64,000 bases of DNA, taken from Bugula neritina (taxonomy: Eukaryota > Animalia > Bryozoa). The notes beneath the pieces were generated by a model that was not told where the DNA came from, did not search any database, and saw only the letters and a list, made by a program, of their open reading frames with translations. Where the stretch lies: positions 14,436,722 to 14,500,721 of the forward strand of contig OZ037766.1 of assembly GCA_964035545.1 (NCBI GenBank). Direction: 5' to 3'. The position numbers and the translations under genes are program-made. This document shows positions 53,201-64,000 of this stretch, piece by piece. Every line of letters starts with the position of its first letter. The first letter of the stretch is position 1.

Positions 53201-56200
53201 TCCCACCTTTCCTAAAATACAGCATGTAACACTTATAAATAGGATTACACCCGAGGCAGAGGACCATCACCTTTATGGATACATTTCTTCCGGCAGCATT
53301 AGTAACTACATACACATAAAAAAGATAATATTATTAAAAGTGCATTAATAGAATATAATAGAATGTAGTATATGGCAGACAGCCAGCCAGTTCCAGGTAT
53401 TCTGGTACAGTATGACTACAATTGCTAACCTTACCTCAGGACCAGCGTATAATCTCCATGTGTGTGATGGGACGTCGCATTACGTACGAGGAAGGAACCG
53501 TCATCAAGATCACTAGTAGCTTCATGAACCTCTTCCCTGAAATGTTCATGTAATTACAGTTGCACATAAAAATACGCAATCAAAGAAATGCAATACTTGG
53601 AGCAATCAAATTGTAGCGCTAGTTGGAATAAGTCTAGCTACACCCACATTGTATACTGATTGAATGTTGCTAATGCAATGAAGCTAGATGACTCAAGAAG
53701 CTAAAACAAAATGCATCCAGAAATGTATAGAACTACGTTCAAAAATCTTGAAGGACATAATTATTAAATATGAAGAGTTATTGAGCTCACCTCGACGCCT
53801 CTCCCCAGTACCAGGCATACTGGTCAAGGGGGAGCAGCCATTCATCTCCTGTAGACGTCAGCTGGGAGTCATACTTCCACTGTCCCTCTACAGTACCGGA
53901 ACCACCAGCGGCACTCACACAGAGGTCACCACCACAGCCAGCTGTATCACCTACAGTAAATGAGAGAATATCAGCATAATCAGCTACTCTCTAGCAAACT
54001 ACTGCAATAATCTGCAGTTGAGTGAGCGGCTATGTGTTGGTGTCACCCTTAGAAAGTGAACTATCAGTTGAAGATATAATCTCCACATAAGTTCTGTTAT
54101 CTAGGTCCGCCCTTGACCTACGGCATTTCAAATGAATTCAAGTTGAGAGCAGATAATACTGCTGCAGGTGTGATAGAGTAGTAGATGAGCTGAGGAGTGT
54201 AGTAAGCAGTTAGCTATGCCTCATTGTCGGAACTGACACACACCACATTGTCACCAGCATAAATCAGGAGCCCAGCTTCCAGAAAGAAAGAGAGAGCAGG
54301 AAAAGAGTCATCAATAGGCAACAGCAAACCTACACCATTCAAGTGTAAGCCAACAATAATAAATGTGCCAAGTAATTTCAAATGCAATACCTGCCTAGAA
54401 TATGTAGGCACCAGTGGGTGTGTGACAGAAAGAGATGACAGAGGTGTGCTTACTCAGTATAGATAAAGTACAAGTATGTATAACAGTTGGCATACACATC
54501 AAACATAATTCAATAGAACCACTTTTTTAAATACTAGGGAGGCAATGAATAGGTAAAAGTACTATTAAATAAAGTTGATAAATATATAGTTTGAAACAGA
54601 AAGTTCACAAAATTTCACTTGTTGGCAGCATCACTGTTCCATTATTCTAGAACAATTAGACCATAGATACATGGTAATACACTGTATTACATAGGAGTCG
54701 GCCTACCTTGTGACTTGGTATGTTTGTCGCACTCTGTGTTGTTATTATCAAAGAGAGAGAACAAACGCCTCAGCACTGTTAAATGGTGCTGTGTATTACC
54801 AACAAACGTGCTACAAAAACATACATCAAACATAAATTCAAAATAGACAGGTTTAAAAACACACAATAAAAAAGTATTATGCATTTCTCCCAATAACAAT
54901 ATAACTCATGGACTAAAACATTATGCTTTTAACATAAACTACATATATTTCATTATTATGTCATGGCTTTCATAAAAATCCTCACTGTAAATAAGTTTCC
55001 CATAAAAGTATAGAATACTAGATATGCCTAAATGTAAAAATATTTGGTTCTACATGATCCTTTAGTAATGAAAATGCACAAGTCTTTAATAAATCAATCT
55101 TTAAACCAGTTCAAAAAGAACCTACACCAACTTTGAATAGGCAAGCTCACTATTTAATTAGTCAACATGCATAACTGTGCTGAAATAAATGGAAAATTTT
55201 AGAGGACATTTGATGCCTGGGGCGGTGGCATTACTTTCGATTCAACAAAGTGCAATACAGCTATAATAGGGTGTTCAGTGGTAGTTTGGAGTATAATAAC
55301 AATGGCGGCAGCCAACTGTGAGCTTTCAACCTATAGACAAGACTATATTGTAAGCTGAACATGCTCGTGAGGTTTGGATACAGTTGATGTATTTATTGGC
55401 AAGGTGCAAATCTGCTGGGCAGTTTGCCAGCAGCAAAGTAGCAGCGCAGGTAGGCACTGCTTTTAAAATAGTAACAAATTAAACTGTGAGCTCACTCTTT
55501 TGGCTAAATGTCAGATTCTAGTAACCAGGATTGGTTGTACTGCTCAGGGTTTAAATATTTTCAAGTAGAATAAAATAACACAATAAAACATTGATAGATA
55601 ACAATAAAAAATAAATTACAGCGCGTTACCTTATTTCTGACCAATCAGGCCTCAGAATGATGTGACAAAAAGCTTTTGCCAATGCCAAATGAATGTCATC
55701 GCCTTTAGATTGACTGCCTTCAATAATTTTATAGAAGTGACTAAACAGGTATTGTAGCGTAGAATTGTGGTATTTTGGCAGTTGATTAACCAGGCATCCC
55801 AGCACTGATATACCTTCGCTTTCTCCAAGTCCTAAAATAAAACATCAACATGTAAAGAACAATCACTATATGAAACATGAAACAGGGAATACAACAGCTG
55901 TAGTATAGTATTATGCCAACAATGCATCATGCTGAAAATAAATTTCTATCAAACAATGTTTAAAGGGAACTTGTACTTCAAATTTTTGACAGTAATTTAG
56001 ATAAGACAGCAACAGCATTGTCTGTGACAAACAGACTATCATCTATGAATCTACTACTTAACATGGCATAACATCAATTATAGTCATTGCGTTAGTTGAA
56101 ATAGGAGCCGAAATGGCAACATTCTTTCTTCACTGTGTATAGCAACAGCTGATAATTAAATATAATTTATAACAACCTTAAATAACAATACACTTGAAAA

Positions 56201-59200
56201 GATAAGTGTTAGGTTGATCTTGCCATAAAATAATGAATAAATGAATGAAATTAAAGAGGGAGGCTAGGTCGAAAGTTGGGTGTATTCCAGTGACATACAT
56301 TCAGGCAGGATCAGAGAACAGCCTTTAGATATCCACTTAGTGTGAGTACTGAATGAATGAGAACAGCAGTACAGAGTTGCCAGTAGACAAACTCTTTTCA
56401 CAAAATCTAAACTCAATTGGAAAGAGTTTCAGGCTGCAGTATAGAAGTTGAAATCATTATGCTAATGAATAAATGTTATGAAAAAGGCAGCAATATCCAA
56501 ACCAATAAATACATTGTCAGCATGTGACAAAAGCAGTATTTTACTGAGATACCTTACAGAAACATATAAACTAGAGAATAGAAAGTCACATGAAGTTAGT
56601 TTCCTCGAGGTCATAGAAGATAAGTGAAGAGTGAAGAACAGATAAGCCAATAATTTAGAGTATGAAATAAGTTTTCCCTGTTCCTTATAACGTGCCTAAA
56701 ATGCTCTATCAATCTATAGCTGCTTATGAGATTGGGATGATTGATAAAGAAGATATGAGAGGATGAGATGAATGAAAAGTTGTAGGGTTTGAGAGAAGTT
56801 TTCATAGCATTTATTCACTGCCAACTCTATAGAGTATAGAATATATTATATAGAATATAGAGTATAGAATATATTATATAGAATATAGAGTATAGAATAT
56901 ATTATATAGAATATAGAGTAGTGATATACTTACTAGCAGAGTCTATGAACTCTGTGTACCATTCAGTTGGTATGAGCGGGTTGGTCAGTTCACACAAGTA
57001 CTTTTTTATAACTGAACAAAGTATTGATATGTCTACATCCATCACTGGCACAGTGAATAAATCACCTACAGTTCAATGCAATATATCTTGTTCAAAGGCA
57101 TGAATACATTTAATTACTATACAGTTATGTCACGGAGGTATTACATCCAGCACACAGTGATCTTAATAATGAATGAGTTATTATTGGACCATGAAAACCT
57201 GAATATGTAGCACAAATTCATCTATCTAACAATTACCGTAAAGTTCTAATTTATTTATTACAATAGTAAAACAATTTTCCATCAAATTGAAATTTGTATC
57301 AACGTTTAGACCAAATGTTGATGATGCTAAAACGAAACTTGAAAAGTAGAGAAGATGCAGGCTTACCAGAGCTATCGAATAGGCGTTTCAAAGCACCAAC
57401 ATCTTCAGTAGATTTCTGCATCTTGTAGGCATCAATAACATTGAGCTCTAAAAGGAATAATAAAACTAAGCAAACAGGCAATGTGGGAGTGACTAGTCAC
57501 TGGAGTTGAGAGGTAAAGTACAAGCAAGTTGGTCAAAACATTTCCAAAATATAATTGTTGCAAAACAAGAAAACACTTTATTTTAAAGTTCAGCAATCCC
57601 TTGCTATTGACTATCCTAAGTGGCTTACATATAAAAAACATTTCAGCTATGTCTAGTGGCTGGAGTGCTGAACTAGCATAACACGTGTGTACGATGCCAC
57701 GGGTTTGAATCCCAGCAGGAGATTGGTGATATCAGGAAGACTATTCATTCACGACCGTTCCAGTGCCACAGTAAAAGTCCTCAGACCATGTTGCGAGCAT
57801 GCTGAGAGGCACAGTTCTTGGCTGCTTTAAAAACGCCTACTGCCAGGGGTTCGTACAAGGATGTAGACTTTAAGCAAAGGTAAGTTAGATGAGTTTGTAC
57901 AAGTCATGTTATATTACTAGAGTCACAGTTGCACATGCTATATTAGTATAGGTCATTTTCCTATACGAAAGTAATAAAAGGGTCTTTTTGTAGATGAAGC
58001 CAAATACAATCAATTGATTTCTTGAAAATTTGATCAGCTGACTCAGAAATAAGTGCAAGAGCTGTAAAGGATATTATACATTGCAACACCCAGTCTAGCA
58101 CCTTTAGTCAATATTTTTTTTCAATCTAAAGCACACCAGGTATATTTTCAACTTTCAACACTTAACAAAAATCAGCATGTTGATCATCACTCTACAAAGA
58201 GATGGGGCAGGTAATGTTTATTCAGCACAATAAAACCTCTATTATTACGTCATCATGGTATGTTGATGTTTAAATTGAAAAATTCACAGTATCTATTGTA
58301 AAAAAACAACGGAGAAAAACGGCAAAAGAAGAATCCTGCTAATATCTCGACTTTGAGGATGACTTCCCAGTCTGGCCACCTGGGCAGTTCTCACAATTCT
58401 GCCATATGGATCGGAATTTCATTGGTTAAACCCAGTTCAGAAGTTCCCTGCCACACATTATATGATGCCAGCAGGGAGTGAAACTCGGTGATCTATTTCA
58501 TTTGGCTGTGATTTTACTGCCAAATGTTATAAAATTGAAATTCTAAAAGTGGCCAATTAGATCACAGCATTAGTTCAGCGTGTTCCCATTTTGCAGTCTA
58601 TGTGAATATTCGCACCAAGTGGCAGGACTTTAGCATCTTATCTGATACTTTTGACTAGCAGAGTCAACAGCTTACTTCCTTCTATTGAAATTATTTCCTC
58701 TTTTCTTAGCATGGTTTCTCGACATTTTATTATAACTTTTAAAAAGTATCAATGGGACTAGGTACTGTCAGTCTGAGGTCAAGTCTGAGGTCTGTATGAG
58801 TCAACCCCAGGGACCAGACATAATGGTAGTAGTGCGTGATGAAAGAAGCTGTCTTCGGTGCATTTGGCAGATATGCTACCAGTAGAAAGTTGAAGTTTAA
58901 TAAGGTAGAAACTAGATATATGCCAGCACCACGGTGAGTTCATGTAGAGGTTATGAGGTGCAGTGCCTGCATGAACACTTAAGTAGAAAGTACAAAAAGG
59001 CAGATCTATAATATAACCTATCAGAGTCCTAGTATGCAGGTACACGTATGATTTCTTTCAAACTAGTCACCAGTCGGATGTGACATATTTAATGAATGAT
59101 TTCAAGTCTAAAGTATGAGTTTAAACTAGAGTATTACCTGGGTTTGCATGCAACTGCCGATGGATCTCTTGCGTACAAATATAGATTATATCTGGAACAA

Positions 59201-62200
59201 TTCTGTCCCGACTCTGTGGCACATCTTTACACAAATCTGATCCAAACCCTACAACATTGCCATAACGTGATATTATAGAATAAGGGGGTCAATTCTTTTT
59301 ATGAAGCATCTCAAATATCAGTTTATGGAACAACAAATGTTAGTATTTTCAATTAGCATAAACTTATTACGTTTTCCATCAATAAAACTTTTTTGCACAA
59401 ATTTTTCCAAGAGTTTCAAGCAAAATAATGATCGTAATTGTAAATGCCACTCATTTATGACTAAACCAAAGATGATAGTTTTCAAAGCCGGAAGATGGGG
59501 AATAGCATGTGTTGCAATGGAAAAATAACAAAACAACCATTTTTGTGATAGATCCTTAAAAGCCCACAAAAGTAGTGGCAGGCAAAAAAACTGAATTTAT
59601 TATATTTTTATAAGAGTGCAAATCATTTATCAACAGTAATCTGTTAGCAATTTATAACTTCACCTCATAATATATTAAAGTGAAAAGTAAGCCACATTAG
59701 TCTGTTGTTGGATGAGAAAACTTGACATGTTCATAGATTGAGTTAGTCAACCTGGAGTTAACCTGCTACCAATTTACTAGTCACCTGAAGTAAAACTTCC
59801 CATAGCAGTGGCTTAGCCAGCACATCTATGCAGCGATAAAAAAATTACTTAATCTACTAAGTTTAAAGTAACACTCAGCACAGAACACTTGCTGTTGGGA
59901 TTTAAATCCGGCAGCAAGTAGTTGAGAAAAAAAGATGAACTTTTGCTATGAAAATTCAAAGAAACTTGTAGATTGCTGTGCATACTGTCTGCTTTAATTC
60001 ACACAGACCAACCATACTATTATGTTCATACAAACACGGTAAATGTTTCCTTCCAAATTTAGCCAGAATAAACTAGGTGTGGGTTCTGAGTTGCTTAAAA
60101 GTCATTGACTGCAATACGAGTAGCATGTCTTTGGAGATGAGACCAAAAGAGGAGAATGACATTTAGAACGCTGGGAGATGGTTAGCATACATCGACTCTG
60201 TAGGGCGAGGCTTCACTCAATCACACTGATTGATGACAACATTAAGATGCATGTAGAGTTTTAATGTAAGTGACATATATCAGTTTGATAAATGATTAAT
60301 TAAACTTTTCAACAAAACTGAAGCCATATATAATTCTTCAACTTAGAACAATACACTCAGAGGTGTACAGTTGATACTTACCCATGTTATGGGCATGCTG
60401 GTGAGATTTCTTTCTAGCTTCTAGCTTCTCTCTATTACATGGTTGAATCTTATCCATAATGCATTCACTGTGAAGGCAAAGTCCACATGCTACAGTCAGA
60501 AATAAAAACAGTCTTTACTGGTCCTTAGCATTTTATCAACACTAAAACATTAATCCCTGGGTAGAAAATCAAAACTAAAAAGAAGTGTCTGAAACCAATA
60601 CTGAGCCAAAATATAAGCAGATGTCAAAAGCTTTAGTTCATATGCATGATACTAGCCATAAGCTCCAGAATTGCAATAGTAGTTAGTAACTTGGCTGATA
60701 TTTCCAGGATAAAAAGTCACTATATGCAAAAGTAGGCATAGCCACTGGTATCAAGGGGTAGCTATGCATATTTTATCTCTAATTAATGGAATTACGTACT
60801 GCATTGCGCAATTATGACTGTCTGAACATGGAGTTCCAAGACAAGTTACAAGAAATGATAATCAATATGAACAGAAAGAGTACCTGCACACTGGAACCCA
60901 GTAGAACCGCTGGCAATATACTTGCTGCATTTATGACACTTGACAGCCACTGGAAACACCTGCTCTAACAAGTCATGTTCGCTAGAGTCACTGGTGCACT
61001 CGTCAGATGACTCTGTTGATGACCCCTCAGAGTCCTCCTACAGTACAATAGGACAGTGTTACCTTCCCTCTAATCTGCCCACTCTCTAACACAATCCAAT
61101 CAGCTCAAGGTTAATGTGATTAAATACTGAGGAATAATCTCAACCATCAGTGCCGTGTGCACTGCTGCAAATGAAATATTGAGTGAAAATTTCACCACAA
61201 AGCTTACATTTCAAGAAAACCTCTTATGGTATAAGTGGTAAGTATAGGACAAGGGCAACTAAGAACCATTTTTGGTAAATCTACGAGCATGCTGCTCCAG
61301 CTAGCACCTGATCACCCCAGGGGATGGGCAATCACAATGTGATATTGAATATCTGTTGGTAACCTCAGAGCCATTGGATAACCACTTCTCAATACCCTGG
61401 TTTTTTCATTAAGCTATTGGTCTGATATTAAAGGTGCAGTGGTCAACAGTGAGGTTGGGTTGCACTGCTTAACCTCCACCATTGTATTCTATAGGTAGAA
61501 CACAATCTCAATATAAATGTAGGATTTGAGACCAGGTATCCTCTCTTACAGCACTATTCAACACGTATGTGTGACAGCTCCCAACCAGCCAATGAACAGT
61601 TGGAAATATCATGTCGCATGTATAGGTAGGCCATTAGAAGAGGGATGATAGGGTGGCCCCTGGAAACATACTTGGCAGCAAGACTTCTTAGTGATGGGCT
61701 AGCAGAGCTGCAGAACCTACTGCTTGCAGGTAAAGCTATTATGTGGCAGTTCTGCTGACTTGCCCAACTGCCAAAGATGCATGTGATTTGGTGGAACATA
61801 ATTCTAGACTCTAGAGCCATATAGTGGCCTCCATTTCAGAGCTATATTATTAGTTACACCCCCCCCCCCCAACAACAACAGAAGGGACAGTAGAAAGCAG
61901 ACTACCTACACCTACCTCAGTCACCTGTCTTCCACACAGCTCATCTACACATATTATTAGAGCCTTTCTTTGACAAGAATCTTCTACCCCAAGTCGCTCC
62001 TGTGTCCAAATATATAACATTTATAGTATATACAGTGTAAAATGAAACTGTTTGGTTTACGTTAGTGAGTGAAACCTGATAAATCTTGAGCTATACAAAC
62101 CCAATCTTAGAAAGCATAACCAGTACAATTTGATATTCTGAGTAAATGCAGCAAAACCCAGTGTCAAAACCTGGTAATCATACAATGAATTTTTTCTCTA

Positions 62201-62852
62201 TCAACTATCAAAATAGATTACGAAATTACTAACCTAACCATAAATATAAAGTTAAGCGGAGCCAAGGTATACATAGAAGTTTTAATTGAAAGGTAATTGA
62301 TGGAATCTAAATTAGCAAGAACTAGTGAATATTCGTGAAGTAACATTCATTAAAATAAAGCAACAGATGCCCAGGGTTGATTTTAGTGCAATCCAACAAA
62401 ATTGAATAATTTAAACAGGCTGACTCAAATGATTATTCAACCGAAATCCATTTGACCTTTGAGATTGTAAATCATTTCATGGTCAGCCAGTCTACACAAA
62501 AGCCAGGGAAAATTTCAGCCAACATCAACTGTCTCTGCTACACAAATATGCAGTAGGATTTCATGACACAGAACAGATAGCCAAGTTGGCAGCCGTAGTA
62601 AAAAGGATAAAGTTAGGGTTAAAGTACAATGCAATGATACAATATATAGCATAATACAATATATACGTAATGTAATATAACTTCTATACATCACAAAATA
62701 GGAAATTATCAACTGACCTGTAAAAATTTATCTGTCATCTGTATTAGTTCTGCACCATTAACTGACCGTTTCCTAAAGTGATCCAACAATCCATAGAGCT
62801 GCTTGGAGCTCAGCCACTCGACAACCTCTTCTGGTGTCCATTCGCAAACAAG
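50210..62852 (-). CDS. PIK3R: Class IA PI3K regulatory subunit (p85-like): SAM - C1 - RhoGAP/BH - nSH2 - iSH2 - cSH2; 5' end unresolved
   Basis: SAM exons 62852-62718 (EWTPEEVVEWL) and 61999-61916; C1 exons 61037-60884 and 60489-60382; RhoGAP-like exons from 59248 (FGSDL..VPDII, KKYLCELTNPL, LPKYHNSTLQYL); nSH2 WYWGEASR..GSFLVR..GDYTLVL|RKGGSNLLIKIYHRHGLYGF; coiled-coil iSH2; cSH2 GTFLMR..HCRV..YGFAEPY..SLAHHN..LLYPV. A further small exon may lie at 63766-63732. Confidence 0.93.
56440..56810 (-). mobile_element. Possible highly decayed LINE reverse-transcriptase fragment
   Basis: Minus-strand remnants PNLISSYRLI (cf. NYRPIS) and VFIGLDIAAF (cf. LDxxKAFD) in the expected order and spacing; weak. 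Confidence 0.35.
56828..56920. repeat. Perfect tandem repeat, 28-bp unit x3.3
   Basis: TATAGAGTATAGAATATATTATATAGAA repeated, next to a RhoGAP-exon donor. Confidence 0.95.
57646..57880 (+). mobile_element. tRNA-derived SINE-like element
   Basis: A-box-like TGTCTAGTGG, B-box-like GGTTTGAATCCC, then a body TTGGTGATATCAGGAAGA...GTGCCACAGTAAAAGTCCTCAGACCA that has a related inverted copy at ~14830-14905. Confidence 0.6.
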
Positions 62853-64000
62853 CTGATCAACAATAACGTAACAATACAATATTGGGGCAATGAATCTGTT
62901 ATCAAGAGCTCAAATAACCAGCTAACTATTTGCAAGGTGAAAACTAGCATATGGCAATTTTTTTAATTTATAAAGGCTGCTAATAGGACTCTAAAAGAAA
63001 TACCATCTAACCAACTTAACCAGTGTTAATTATATATGCAGGGATCTATGCAGGTAGAATTGCCCTTCTCCTGGCTCCTAGAAGCTGCGAAACCAACCTC
63101 ACATAGTGGCATCTTAAATACCCCTAATCCTCATGTAATAACTATTAACCACAACAGCAAAGCTGATCAATCATAGATCTTTGTGATGGATGGTATTAAA
63201 GAGCTTTGAAATGATTCCCACAAACTATTAACTGAAGCTCAATGCGTTGGTCCATGATTGATGAAATATTAGCCGATCAGCTGGTTCGAATTAATAGCTT
63301 GATGGAAAAATCTATACAAAACTTGATCAGTACTCAGTCACTGTGTAACAATTATGCTGACCCTTAAACAAATGCTAATTTAATCAGTACAACAATGTGA
63401 CTGTGAAAGATCAGGGGCACAATAGCAAAAAGAATACGTACTGAAAGCAGTAAAAATAACTGGAATTTAATGATTACTAATGTTTCGAACTATTCATCTG
63501 TGATCATTCACTCTTACAACAATGCCTACAGGACAATAGCCTCTGTTTGAAACTAAATACAGAGAACAGTTTTCTGTTGACTTTAGAAATATTCATGCAG
63601 AAGTGATCATTTAATAATGTTGTTATATTGTCACTACTTTACATATTACACTGCGAGTGAGGAACCTTAGCATCACTCTATCATCCTCACTGCAAGGGTT
63701 GCATCTCACTAGAGATAGGAACATATCTTACAGGTCCAGAGCACTTGGTTACCTTCAAACCACAACCTAGCTACATCTACACATCACACATGCTATACAT
63801 TTCTTCCTACACACAGTCACACTGCATCAGCCACACTCACATCACCCGAGTTGATTACAGTTCAAACATGTGTGTGTTGCAAAAAGCATTCAGGTGGAGT
63901 TTAAAATGTAGGCAGATGCCTGCACTGAGTGGTTCTGATGTTCCAGGGTTTGCAAAAAAACTACTCCACACTGAATAAGCTTTGCTACACAACTTATTTT

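Noticed and set aside
55184-55331. Possible extra exon in the p85 gene (good minus-strand acceptor near 55331)
   Set aside because: The required phase hits a stop, and the flanking exons join in frame without it; a poison exon cannot be excluded without RNA data.
56828-56920. CRISPR-like repeat (28-bp unit)
   Set aside because: Head-to-tail copies without spacers in a eukaryotic intron; an ordinary minisatellite.
58779-59045. LINE RT remnant suggested by RKLKFNKVETRYM
   Set aside because: One weak motif with no supporting neighbouring RT motifs.
59810-59950. Second SINE copy on the minus strand (B-box-like GGATTTAAATCCC)
   Set aside because: Too degenerate; no convincing A-box or match to the 57.7 kb body.

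Overview
This is AT-rich, gene-dense eukaryotic (invertebrate animal) genomic DNA with short GT-AG introns, so the ORF track fragments most genes; exon chains were rebuilt by hand from splice sites and reading phase. Left to right: (1) the 3' part of an uncharacterised multi-exon gene whose last exon has an in-frame TAG with the frame staying open beyond it; (2) a 3-exon SGNH/GDSL-fold gene with non-canonical catalytic blocks; (3) a very divergent importin-alpha-like ARM protein with no visible IBB domain; (4) a decayed Lys/Glu-rich ORF; (5) a double-zinc-ribbon plus C2H2 zinc-finger gene; (6) mitochondrial seryl-tRNA synthetase with a shortened helical arm; (7) an intronless atypical 7TM receptor; (8) an RFX1/2/3-type transcription factor head-to-head with (9) ecdysoneless (ECD); (10) a PI3K p85-type regulatory subunit with SAM, C1, RhoGAP-like, nSH2, iSH2 and cSH2 domains, 5' end unresolved. 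Introns and intergenic DNA carry MITEs, tRNA-derived SINE pieces, LINE fragments and degenerate hexamer arrays. The best novelty candidate is the co-oriented cluster of three divergent genes at ~0.4-11.6 kb. All homology calls come from motif recognition, not database searches.
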